64,000 nt of DNA, taken from assembly GCA_025363355.1 (NCBI GenBank), contig JANYEB010000037.1:111056-175055 (forward strand), in the 5' to 3' direction. Positions within the stretch are counted from its first letter, which is position 1. Each line of letters starts with the position of its first letter. A model generated the notes under the pieces. The model made no database searches and had not been told where the DNA came from. It saw only the letters and a program-made list of their open reading frames with translations. This stretch comes from Chitinophagaceae bacterium (GTDB taxonomy: Bacteria > Bacteroidota > Bacteroidia > Chitinophagales > Chitinophagaceae). Position numbers and translations under genes: made by a program. Positions 25,903-34,825 of the stretch are shown one piece after another.

Positions 25903-27030
25903 ATGGTAATTGCTGTAAATACAAGATTTCTTACACAAAAAAAACTTGATAGTTATTCCAGTTTTGTGTTAGAAATTTTTAAACAGATTGCACAAGAACA
26001 ACCACATCATCATTTTATTTTTATTTTCGACAGAAAGTTTCATACAGATTTTGGCTTTGCAAAAAATATTACCCCAATTATTATTAGCCCCAAGGTAAAA
26101 GATATTGTATCGTTTAAATATTGGTACGATGTAAAACTGCCTTTAGGTTTAATGAAACATAAACCAGATTTGCTGGTGCAACCAACAGGCTTTTGCAGTT
26201 TAACTACTTCTATCCCACAACTATTGATATTACAAGATTTGGCGTTTAAACACTACCCCAATCATATACCCAAAAATCATCTTGCTTACTATAAATATTT
26301 TACTCAAAAATTTATAGATAAGGCAAAACTTATTGTTACACTCTCTCAGTTTTCCAAACAAGATATTGAATCAACATATACGGTAGAACCCAATAAAATT
26401 AGTGTAGTATATAGTTCTGCAAAGTCTATTTTTAAGCCACTTGACTATAACGAAATTGAACAAGTGAAAGATGGCTATGCAGATGGCAGGTCTTACTTTT
26501 TATTTGTTGGAGGATTTCATCCTCGCAAAAATTTGATGAATGTTTTAAAAGCATTTTCATTGTTTAAAAAATGGCAACGTAGCAATATGAAACTATTAAT
26601 TGCCGGTGCAGTTGCTGTGCAATATGATGATATACTTATAAAGCTTAAAACATATAAATACAGAGAAGATATTGTGTTGTTAGATCATATAGATGAAACG
26701 AAACTTGCACTAATTACTGCATCGGCGTATTGTGTTTTATATCCTTCTTTTTTTGAGGGATTATCTGTGCCAATTATCGAGGCTATGCAATGTGCTGTGC
26801 CAATTATAACAAGTAATAACAGCAGTATGCCTGAGATTGGTGGAGATGCTGCATTGTATGTAAATCCTGATGAAGCAGATGAATTAGCAGAGAAAATGCA
26901 ATTAATTTATAAAGATGAAAACCTGCGAAGTAGCCTTATAGAAAAAGGATTAAAACAAGCTACAACATTTAATTGGAATATAGCAACAGCAAAGGTTTGG
27001 GATGCTATAGTAGCAACTAATAATGTTTAG
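25903..27030 (+). CDS. Glycosyltransferase family 4 (GT-B fold)
   Basis: IAVNTRFL at the N-terminus, FLFVGGFHPRKN and the EGLSVPIIEAMQCAVPIITS E-x7-E region. Confidence 0.85.
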   Translation: MVIAVNTRFLTQKKLDSYSSFVLEIFKQIAQEQPHHHFIFIFDRKFHTDFGFAKNITPIIISPKVKDIVSFKYWYDVKLPLGLMKHKPDLLVQPTGFCSLTTSIPQLLILQDLAFKHYPNHIPKNHLAYYKYFTQKFIDKAKLIVTLSQFSKQDIESTYTVEPNKISVVYSSAKSIFKPLDYNEIEQVKDGYADGRSYFLFVGGFHPRKNLMNVLKAFSLFKKWQRSNMKLLIAGAVAVQYDDILIKLKTYKYREDIVLLDHIDETKLALITASAYCVLYPSFFEGLSVPIIEAMQCAVPIITSNNSSMPEIGGDAALYVNPDEADELAEKMQLIYKDENLRSSLIEKGLKQATTFNWNIATAKVWDAIVATNNV

Positions 27031-27043
27031 TAAATTATATAAA

Positions 27044-27074
27044 AAGCCCTTGTTTATTGCTAAACAAAGGCCTT
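27044..27074 (-). terminator. Hairpin terminator for the minus-strand small secreted-protein gene
   Basis: Stem AAGCCCTTGTTTA/TAAACAAAGGCCTT with a U-run on the minus strand. Confidence 0.45.
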
Positions 27075-27092
27075 GCTGATTTCACTAAAAAA

Positions 27093-27437
27093 TTAATAGA
27101 CTTCTCTTTGCACATAATGTCCTTCAACCCAAACTCTTCCATTTTGTCCTTCTTCCCAATGAGCTTCAACCCACTCTCTCACGATTTGAGGTTGAGGATT
27201 TGGTGGAGGAACTGCAACTACTACACTTGGTCGTGGAGCAATTACAACATTAATGAAAGGTCGACGATTGTAGTTGTTACATCCAAAGCCAGTTTGTGCA
27301 TAAATTATTGGTCGTGGAGGTGCATAGTAACCAACACCACAATGAGGTTGATGATGATAATGATTACCATAACCACGTTGGGCTTTTGCCCCAATAATTG
27401 CCATTGAAAACAGCAACAACATTAATGTCCTTTTCAT
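27093..27437 (-). CDS. Small secreted His/Pro-rich protein with a C-terminal W..GHW-type repeat
   Basis: Signal peptide from MKRTLMLLLFSMAIIGAKAQ and the C-terminal WVEAHWEEGQNGRVWVEGHYV. This resembles YXWGXW-repeat periplasmic proteins. The start is probably 27437 rather than 27485. Confidence 0.4.
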   Translation of the reverse strand: MKRTLMLLLFSMAIIGAKAQRGYGNHYHHQPHCGVGYYAPPRPIIYAQTGFGCNNYNRRPFINVVIAPRPSVVVAVPPPNPQPQIVREWVEAHWEEGQNGRVWVEGHYVQREVY

Positions 27438-27520
27438 CTTGTATAATTTAATTAGTGAATAAATACAATCGATAAAAAACAACAATTATACCAGCTGCTG
27501 TTAAAATTTTGTTATAGTTT

Positions 27521-27973
27521 TTAGCAACTGATTTTATCGATTCTTGTTTGGTGTCTTCCACCTTCAAAATTAGTTTGCATAAAAATATTAATCATATCAA
27601 TTGCTAACTCCAATGTAACAAATCTTGCCGGAATGCAAATGATATTTGCATTATTGTGAAGCCTAACCAGTTTTGCAACCTCGCTGTTCCAACACAATCC
27701 AGCCCTAATGGTTTGATGTTTATTGGCAGTCATAGCAACACCATTTGCACTACCACAAAGTAAAATGCCAAAAGCTGCTTCGCCTTGTTCAACCATACTT
27801 GCAACAGGATGTGCAAAATCAGGATAATCAACAGATGCAAGAGAATTGGTACCAAAATCTTTTATAGATAAAGAACTATGTTCTAACCAATCAATAATTT
27901 GTTTTTTGTATTCAAATCCTGCGTGATCGCCACCAATAGCAATAGGCAGCAAGGTATTAAAAGTTGTTTGCAT
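27521..27973 (-). CDS. rpiB: Ribose-5-phosphate isomerase B
   Basis: IAIGGDHAGFEYK, GILLCGSANGVAMTANK and NANIICIPARF. The start is probably the internal Met at 27973. Confidence 0.9.
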   Translation of the reverse strand: MQTTFNTLLPIAIGGDHAGFEYKKQIIDWLEHSSLSIKDFGTNSLASVDYPDFAHPVASMVEQGEAAFGILLCGSANGVAMTANKHQTIRAGLCWNSEVAKLVRLHNNANIICIPARFVTLELAIDMINIFMQTNFEGGRHQTRIDKISC

Positions 27974-28096
27974 AAATTTAAAGGTAATAAAATTTTGATA
28001 TGGCGAAAATAATTTACAATAATCAGACAAATGGCTGCAAATTTTTCGCTATCATTGTTTTTTGAACAGAATTTTAAACACACCTGAATTTTTAAT

Positions 28097-29236
28097 ATGA
28101 AAAGAATACCCCTTTTTGTAGCAGTATTTTTATTAACTATTAGTTGTAAAAATGATAAATCAAATACAACTAAAGAAGCCTCATTTACCATAAATGGGGA
28201 AGTTAAAAATCAACAATTTGGAGAAATTTATCTTCAAATTTTAAATAATGCTCAATCTAAAACAGATACATTAAAAATAAGAAATGGCAAGTTTGAATAT
28301 GCTGGAAAATCTAGCTTTCCAGAGTTGGCTGTAATGGTTGTGGCTAATGTAGATAAACAAGTAGACAAAAAAAATGTAATGATATTTTTTTTAGAACCTA
28401 ACAGTAAAATTGCCATCAATATTGATACTAGCAGTGTTGAAAAATATATTGTAACAGGGTCTAAATCTAACGACGAGTTTGTTTCTTTTAAGAAAAAATA
28501 TATTCAACCAGTTGAAGAAAAAGAGAAAAAAACATTTGATAAAATTGATCCAATGACTATTAAAAATCCAGTAGTAATGGACAGTTTAATGAAGTTATCT
28601 CAAACCATTCAACAAGAAAAAAAAGATGCGATTCTATCTTACATCAACTCAAATAAAAATTCTTATGTTGGTGCTGCTTATGCATACTTATTTAGTATGC
28701 AAGAAGAAAATACCACGTTTGCCCAAGCTATTTATAGTGCATTATCTGATAGCCTCAAAAAGTCGTTCTATGCAGTTGAAATTAAAAACAAAATTGATGC
28801 TGTTAGCAAATCTGATGTAGGTGCTTTTGCTGCTGATTTTGCATCAATTGATAATGATGGGAAACCTTTTAAATTATCTAATTTTTATAAAGGAAAGAAA
28901 CTAGTTTTAATTGATTTTTGGGCAAGTTGGTGTGGTCCTTGCAGAAAAGAAAATCCCAATGTAGTTAAGGCTTACAGTCAATATAAGTCTAAAGGATTTG
29001 AAGTGCTTGGAGTGAGTTTGGATGAAGAGAAAAAAGATTGGATAAATGCTATTGAGAAAGATAAACTAGTGTGGAAACAAGTATCTGATTTAAAAGGCTG
29101 GGAAAGCCAAACAGCAAGACTTTATAATGTAACAGCAATACCAACTAATTTTTTAATTGATGGCACAGGAAAAATTATTGCAACAAACCTACGTGGCGGT
29201 GATTTAGAGAAAAAGTTAGCTGAGCTGTTGAAATAA
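28097..29236 (+). CDS. TlpA-family thiol:disulfide oxidoreductase lipoprotein with a DUF4369-like N-terminal domain
   Basis: Lipobox (LLTISC) and the thioredoxin motif LIDFWASWCGPCRKENP. Confidence 0.85.
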   Translation: MKRIPLFVAVFLLTISCKNDKSNTTKEASFTINGEVKNQQFGEIYLQILNNAQSKTDTLKIRNGKFEYAGKSSFPELAVMVVANVDKQVDKKNVMIFFLEPNSKIAINIDTSSVEKYIVTGSKSNDEFVSFKKKYIQPVEEKEKKTFDKIDPMTIKNPVVMDSLMKLSQTIQQEKKDAILSYINSNKNSYVGAAYAYLFSMQEENTTFAQAIYSALSDSLKKSFYAVEIKNKIDAVSKSDVGAFAADFASIDNDGKPFKLSNFYKGKKLVLIDFWASWCGPCRKENPNVVKAYSQYKSKGFEVLGVSLDEEKKDWINAIEKDKLVWKQVSDLKGWESQTARLYNVTAIPTNFLIDGTGKIIATNLRGGDLEKKLAELLK

Positions 29237-29271
29237 AACGCACTCAAATTTTTTTAGGGTTTCAACAAAAC

Positions 29272-29279
29272 TATCTTTG
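29272..29279 (+). promoter_or_regulatory. Candidate -7 box (TAnnTTTG) for the aminotransferase gene
   Basis: TATCTTTG ends 16 nt upstream of the ATG at 29296. Confidence 0.35.
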
Positions 29280-29295
29280 CACCCAAACTAACTGT

Positions 29296-30555
29296 ATGGC
29301 CAAACTTAGTAAATTAGCAGAAACACTTATTGGTAGCGAAATTGTAAAATTGGGAAATGCCATTAGTGAGCGTGTGAGAAATGGAGAACAAATTTATAAT
29401 TACACCATAGGCGATTTTAATCCTGCAATATTTCCAATTCCAAGCGAATTGGAAAATCAAATTGTACAAGCATATAGAGAAAATCAAACCAATTATCCTC
29501 CAGGCGATGGTGTTTATGAATTAAGAGAAGCCGTGAGCTCTTTTATTAAAGATTGGGAAGGATTAGACTATAACGTTAATGAAATTCAAATAGCAGCTGG
29601 TGGCAGACCTTTAATTTATACTATTTTTAGAACATTAGTTGATGCTGGTGATAAGGTAATTTACGCCGCACCAAGTTGGAACAATAATCATTATACAAAT
29701 TTAATTAACGCTGAACATTGTATTATTGATTGTGTTGCTGAAAATGATTTTATGCCAACACCAGCTGATATACAGCCTCATTTAAAAGGAGCTGTTTTGT
29801 TGTGTTTATGTACACCACAAAACCCAACAGGAACTACACTTGACAAAAATAGTTTAGAAGAAATTTGTGATTTGGTTTTAGCCGAAAATGCAAGTAGAGG
29901 TGATGGTGAAAAGAAACTATACATTATGTTTGATCAAATGTATTGGACGCTAACATTTGGTGATACAAAACATTATAATCCTGTTAGTCTACGTCCAGAA
30001 ATGAAAAATTATACCATATTTGTTGATGGTATTTCTAAAGCTTTTTCAGCAACAGGTGTTCGTGTTGGTTGGTCAATGGGGCCTGCAGAAGTAATTAATA
30101 AAATGAAATCTTTGTTAAGTCATCTTGGAGCTTGGGCACCAATGGCAGAACAAAAAGCGTTGGCTAAATTTTTGGTTGATAAAGATAATATTGAAAACTA
30201 TTTTATAGGTTTTAAAGCACAAATAGAACTTCGTTTAAACAAAATATATAATGGCATTATTACTTTAAAACAAAAGGGATTTAATGTTGATGCTATCGCT
30301 CCTCAGGCAGCTATTTATTTAACTATTAAGATTGATTTAGTTGGAAAGAAAACTGAAGATGGAAGCATTCTTGAGAAACAATCTGATGTTACTGATTATT
30401 TATTAAGTAAGGCTAAATTAGCAATTGTACCTTTCTCTGCTTTTGGTGGAGATGCTAATAGTCCTTGGTATAGAGTGAGTGTAGGTGTTGTGAAACTTGA
30501 GGATATTGAAACTGTTTTTGACTTGCTTGAAAATTCACTAAACAGATTATCTTAG
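29296..30555 (+). CDS. PLP-dependent aminotransferase, class I/II
   Basis: TPQNPTG and the SKAFSATGVRVGW motif, which contains the PLP-binding Lys. Length is 419 aa. Confidence 0.85.
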   Translation: MAKLSKLAETLIGSEIVKLGNAISERVRNGEQIYNYTIGDFNPAIFPIPSELENQIVQAYRENQTNYPPGDGVYELREAVSSFIKDWEGLDYNVNEIQIAAGGRPLIYTIFRTLVDAGDKVIYAAPSWNNNHYTNLINAEHCIIDCVAENDFMPTPADIQPHLKGAVLLCLCTPQNPTGTTLDKNSLEEICDLVLAENASRGDGEKKLYIMFDQMYWTLTFGDTKHYNPVSLRPEMKNYTIFVDGISKAFSATGVRVGWSMGPAEVINKMKSLLSHLGAWAPMAEQKALAKFLVDKDNIENYFIGFKAQIELRLNKIYNGIITLKQKGFNVDAIAPQAAIYLTIKIDLVGKKTEDGSILEKQSDVTDYLLSKAKLAIVPFSAFGGDANSPWYRVSVGVVKLEDIETVFDLLENSLNRLS

Positions 30556-30800
30556 TTTTTACTGCTAATGAATATAAAAGGCTTGTTGCTTTTGTTTTCT
30601 ATGTAAAAAGCAACATCTTTTTTTGATGTATATGTTTTGTACTTATTCAAATCAAAAACTTCGTTTGCCAAACAAATACTTGTTAGACTTTCTGCTTGAA
30701 ATAAAACAGTATTAAGCCCAATAATTGTTTGTTCAAGCTCATTCCTATCTAAACCATTTTTTTTAGTAATGACTAACAAATCTCTATTCAAATTTTTCAT
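30552..30800 (-). CDS. Hypothetical protein (82 aa)
   Basis: Open frame directly downstream of a short lipoprotein-like ORF. No recognisable family. Confidence 0.3.
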   Translation of the reverse strand: MKNLNRDLLVITKKNGLDRNELEQTIIGLNTVLFQAESLTSICLANEVFDLNKYKTYTSKKDVAFYIENKSNKPFIFISSKN

Positions 30801-30824
30801 TTATAAAATCTTTTAAGGGTAGTT

Positions 30825-30947
30825 CTAAGTTGCTTTTCTAACTGGGCACATACAATGTTTGCTATAGTTTCCATTACCACAAGATGAAGCAAGAAAACTG
30901 ATTAAAACAAGCAATGCAAGTACTTTAAATAAATGTCTACTTTTCAT
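30825..30947 (-). CDS. Putative 40-aa lipoprotein-like micro-ORF (not in the ORF track)
   Basis: The reverse strand reads MKSRHLFKVLALLVLISFLASSCGNGNYSKHCMCPVRKAT. It has a signal peptide plus the lipobox LASSC and a Cys-rich mature peptide. It ends 24 nt upstream of the 82-aa ORF. Confidence 0.3.
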   Translation of the reverse strand: MKSRHLFKVLALLVLISFLASSCGNGNYSKHCMCPVRKAT

Positions 30948-30978
30948 TATGGCACTAAACTATAAACTTTTTCTCTTA

Positions 30979-30986
30979 TAAATTTG
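30979..30986 (+). promoter_or_regulatory. Candidate -7 box (TAnnTTTG) for the glycosyltransferase gene
   Basis: TAAATTTG ends 16 nt upstream of the GTG start at 31003. Confidence 0.35.
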
Positions 30987-31002
30987 TTAAATCTTACTAT
31001 TT

Positions 31003-32100
31003 GTGAAAAATTTTAACATTAGAACCATTTTAATTGCTCCACTTGACTGGGGTTTAGGTCATGCAACAAGGTGTATTCCTATAATCAAAGCACTAAAAAA
31101 TGCTGGTTTCAATGTAATTATTGCCTGTAATGCCAAACAAAAAAGTTTGCTTATTACAGAGTGTAGCGATGTTAGATTTATTGATTTAGAAGGTTACAAT
31201 ATTCAATATACTAAACGCAGTTGGTTCTTTGTTTTAAAAATTGCTTTTCAAATTCCTACAATTATCACTTCAGTTAAGAAAGAGAAAAAATGGGTAGAAA
31301 AAATAATTGAAGAAGAGCAAATAGACTTAGTAATTAGTGATAACAGATATGGATTATACAGCACTAAAGTTCCTTGCGTTTTTATTACACACCAACTTAC
31401 TATAAAAGCACCTTTTAAGTGGTTGGAAGAATTGCTTCAAATTATCAACTACAGCTATATAAATCGTTTTAATCAATGTTGGATTCCTGATAAAGCAGGT
31501 GAAGATAATCTTGCAGGTTTATTATCTCACCCAAAGAAAATGCCTTCAACAACAACTCGGTATATTGGTTTATTAAATAGGTTTGGTGGGCTAGAAAATA
31601 CTACAAAAAAGTTTGATGTTTGTGTGTTGCTTTCTGGGCCAGAACCACAGCGAACTATTTTAGAAAATATCTTACTAAAGCAGTTAGAAAAAGCAACTAA
31701 TTTAAAAATATTTTTTGTTCGTGGTTTGCCGCAAACAACAGAAATATTAAAGACTTCAACAGCTATTGAAATTGTTAATCATTTAAAGCAAAAAGATTTG
31801 CTTGAAACAATTTGTTCAAGTGAAATTATTATTGCAAGAAGTGGATACACAACTGTAATGGAATTAATTGCGTTGCAAAAAAAATCAATATTAATAGCTA
31901 CCCCAGGGCAAACAGAGCAAGAGTATTTGGCGAAACATTTATATCAACAGCAAAAATGTTTAAGCTATTCTCAAAATGAGTTTGATATTATTGATGCAAT
32001 AAATGCTGCTAAGAACTTCGACTACAAATTATCATCTATAGAAAAATTTAATGAAAACAGAATTGTTGATTTAGTGAATAATTTGATTGATAACTTTTAA
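31003..32100 (+). CDS. Glycosyltransferase, MurG/UDP-glycosyltransferase-like (GT28 C-terminal type)
   Basis: N-terminal DWGLGHATRCIPIIKAL and the C-terminal ARSGYTTVMELIALQKKSILIATPGQTEQEY. GTG start. Confidence 0.7.
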   Translation: MKNFNIRTILIAPLDWGLGHATRCIPIIKALKNAGFNVIIACNAKQKSLLITECSDVRFIDLEGYNIQYTKRSWFFVLKIAFQIPTIITSVKKEKKWVEKIIEEEQIDLVISDNRYGLYSTKVPCVFITHQLTIKAPFKWLEELLQIINYSYINRFNQCWIPDKAGEDNLAGLLSHPKKMPSTTTRYIGLLNRFGGLENTTKKFDVCVLLSGPEPQRTILENILLKQLEKATNLKIFFVRGLPQTTEILKTSTAIEIVNHLKQKDLLETICSSEIIIARSGYTTVMELIALQKKSILIATPGQTEQEYLAKHLYQQQKCLSYSQNEFDIIDAINAAKNFDYKLSSIEKFNENRIVDLVNNLIDNF

Positions 32101-32145
32101 AACATTCACTTTTATTTAGCTTTTGGTTACAGATATTTGCAGCAG

Positions 32146-32727
32146 ATGAAATCAATTTTATATACTCTTATTATTTCTTGTTTATTTATTTCATGTGAAA
32201 ATGATATGAAAGTGGTAAATGAACTCAGCATAAAAAAAATTGGTGTAGAGGAAGGAAAGTATATTGAAAGTTATATGAGCACAGCAGGGAAAGTTAAGGC
32301 TAAACTTACTTCACCTTTTATGTTGCGTAGCCAATTTGATAGTGCTAAGGTTGAATTTCCCAAAACGTTGAATGTTGAATTTTATGACAGTTTATTAAAA
32401 CCAGAAAGTCATTTGTTTGCTAAGTATGGTAAATATTTAGAGTATGATAATACTGTGTTGTTGCGTGACAGTATTGTTGTATATAATATTAAGAATGATA
32501 CTATCTGGTGCAACGAATTAGTTTGGGATCAAAACAAAGGAACTTTCTTTACAGACAAACCTGTTATAGTTAGTCAGGATAATGGTAGTATTAGACAAAA
32601 GTTTTTTGCAAAAGGCGGAATGCAAAGTGATCAAAGTTTTAAAAATGTTAGCTTCTTGAAAGTGGGCAAGGTTTATAATAGCAACGTGAATAGTTTTATT
32701 ATTTTAAAGGATAGTACACAATTGTAA
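32146..32727 (+). CDS. lptC: LptC-like LPS export periplasmic protein (lipoprotein)
   Basis: Lipobox (CLFISC). Size and beta-jellyroll-like composition are typical of Bacteroidota LptC annotations. The ATG at 32146 is preferred over the TTG at 32137. Confidence 0.5.
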   Translation: MKSILYTLIISCLFISCENDMKVVNELSIKKIGVEEGKYIESYMSTAGKVKAKLTSPFMLRSQFDSAKVEFPKTLNVEFYDSLLKPESHLFAKYGKYLEYDNTVLLRDSIVVYNIKNDTIWCNELVWDQNKGTFFTDKPVIVSQDNGSIRQKFFAKGGMQSDQSFKNVSFLKVGKVYNSNVNSFIILKDSTQL

Positions 32728-32731
32728 ATTG

Positions 32732-33931
32732 TCATCTTGGTAAACTAATTTTCCCCATTGTTATGGGAGGGAAATTTTTGTTTGATTGCGTATAAAAATC
32801 ATCATTTCCACAAATACATTCATTAGCAAGAACAACAAATAAAATAGCTTCTTTAGCATCAGGATTGATACCTAAAACATTTGTTGATTCTGTTTTATAA
32901 TTTGGTAATAATTGTTGAATATTTTGCATTAATAATGGATTATTGACACCACCACCACTTACATAAATTGAACATTCTTTTTCTTGAACATTCTTCCGTA
33001 TTGAATCAGTAATTATAAATGCAGTAAAATAGTTTAGCGTTGCCATTAAATCATAAACACTTATATCTATTGTGTTTGAAGCTTCCAAAGCTTTTTCTAT
33101 AAATTGAAGATTAAATATTTCCTGACCAGTAGTTTTAGGAAAAGGTTGTTTAAAAAATTCGTGATTAGATAATGCTTTTAGTAAATCATCATTCACATTT
33201 CCTTGTAAAGCAATTGCAGCATTTTTATCATAAAATTTACGAGAGAAATGACTTTGAATATAAATATCCATTAAAGTATTTCCTGCTCCAACATCTGTAC
33301 AAATTACTTCATCAATATTTAAACTGCTTGGTAAAAAAGTGAAATTAGCAATACCACCAATGTTTAATAAAATTCTATTTTCTTCTTTATTACTTAGCAA
33401 AAAATAATCACCATAAATAGCTAATGGAGCACCATCTCCACCTGCTGCAATATGCTTTTGTCTAAAGTCATTAATTGTGATAATGTTGGTGTTAAAAGCA
33501 ATATGATCTGCATCGCCAATTTGCAATGTTGCATTGCCAAATTTTTGTTGTTGATGTTTTGATTTTGGAGAGTGGTAAATGGTTTGTCCGTGGCTTGCAA
33601 TTAAATCAACATCACCATTTTTTATATTCCACTTTGCAAGTGTTTCATTAATAATTTGTGAATGAACAAGACCAATATGAGCATTCATTAAACATAATTT
33701 TTCAAGGCTAATTTCTTCTTTGCAAAATATAGATTGAATATCTTTTTTGAAATCATCATCAAAAGCTATTGTTTCAAAATTAATAAGCTCAACCTTAGTA
33801 TTTATACCACTTTCAGCAATTTTACATAAAGCCAAATCAAGCCCATCAAGTGAGGTGCCACTCATTAAACCAAGAATAATTCTTTCTGATTTATTAGTAA
33901 TTTGATGTAGCTTTTGAATGTTGTTATTCAT
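32732..33931 (-). CDS. anmK: Anhydro-N-acetylmuramic acid kinase
   Basis: ILGLMSGTSLDGLDLALC near the N-terminus, NIGGIAN and GGGVNNPLLM. Confidence 0.9.
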   Translation of the reverse strand: MNNNIQKLHQITNKSERIILGLMSGTSLDGLDLALCKIAESGINTKVELINFETIAFDDDFKKDIQSIFCKEEISLEKLCLMNAHIGLVHSQIINETLAKWNIKNGDVDLIASHGQTIYHSPKSKHQQQKFGNATLQIGDADHIAFNTNIITINDFRQKHIAAGGDGAPLAIYGDYFLLSNKEENRILLNIGGIANFTFLPSSLNIDEVICTDVGAGNTLMDIYIQSHFSRKFYDKNAAIALQGNVNDDLLKALSNHEFFKQPFPKTTGQEIFNLQFIEKALEASNTIDISVYDLMATLNYFTAFIITDSIRKNVQEKECSIYVSGGGVNNPLLMQNIQQLLPNYKTESTNVLGINPDAKEAILFVVLANECICGNDDFYTQSNKNFPPITMGKISLPR

Positions 33932-34034
33932 ACAAAAATGGGGGAACACAGATGATACTGATTGAACGGATGAACGCAGATTTATTTTTAAAATAAAACA
34001 CTAAACCGGCTAACCACAAGCCACTAACCATTTA

Positions 34035-34766
34035 CTACTTGCCACTTGCTTTTTTCTTTAATTCATCATCAGCATAACCAAATACTTTTTTAACTAAATC
34101 CGTTTTTCTAAAATTCAAATCAGTTCTAATTTTCTTTTCTTCATCTGCTACCATTTTATACATCTCGTCAATGGCACGTGCAGCAATAAAATCTGTTAAA
34201 GAGTTCTCAACTTTAAAATTACTGAAAGGAATATTGTTAATGATTCCAGCAATTTTACTCCACTCTTTATTAGCACCTTCTGTTTTTATAGTGCTATCAA
34301 TAATGGGTCTAAATGCAGCCATTAAAGCGGTATTTGTTGTAGTTTTGAAATAATCTGTTGCTGCTTGTTGATTATCGGTTATCAAAATACTTGCAACATC
34401 TGTAAAGCTCATATTTTGTAATGAATTTAGAAAAATAGGTTTTGCTGCTATAAATGATTTTGAAATAGCACTGTTGAACTTATCTGTTGTTTTAGTAATA
34501 ACAGAACCTAAGCCAGCTTTATTAGCCAAATTAATAATTTTTTGAGCATCTCCTGGAAAAGCAAATGCTAATGCAGGGTTGCCTGCAGGATTACTGTAAG
34601 CATCAAAACTTTTGAACAAGCCTTGTTCAAGAGCTTGCTTTAAACCCATTCCCATTTCATAGTTAGAAGGATTGGTAAGTATTGATGTGCCAATTTGTTT
34701 TAATTGGTCGCAAGATGTGATTGTAAAAAGACAAAAGAGTCCAATGATGATTGATTTTATTTTCAT
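34035..34766 (-). CDS. DUF4197-like lipoprotein
   Basis: Lipobox (FTITSC). A helical protein with a TDYFKTTT...L...FRPII pattern and C-terminal EEKKIR, as in DUF4197 proteins. Confidence 0.55.
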   Translation of the reverse strand: MKIKSIIIGLFCLFTITSCDQLKQIGTSILTNPSNYEMGMGLKQALEQGLFKSFDAYSNPAGNPALAFAFPGDAQKIINLANKAGLGSVITKTTDKFNSAISKSFIAAKPIFLNSLQNMSFTDVASILITDNQQAATDYFKTTTNTALMAAFRPIIDSTIKTEGANKEWSKIAGIINNIPFSNFKVENSLTDFIAARAIDEMYKMVADEEKKIRTDLNFRKTDLVKKVFGYADDELKKKASGK

Positions 34767-34825
34767 AATATGTTTTTGTTTATTTAGCAAAGAAACAAAC
34801 GATAGAACCAAAAGCAAGAATTGTT

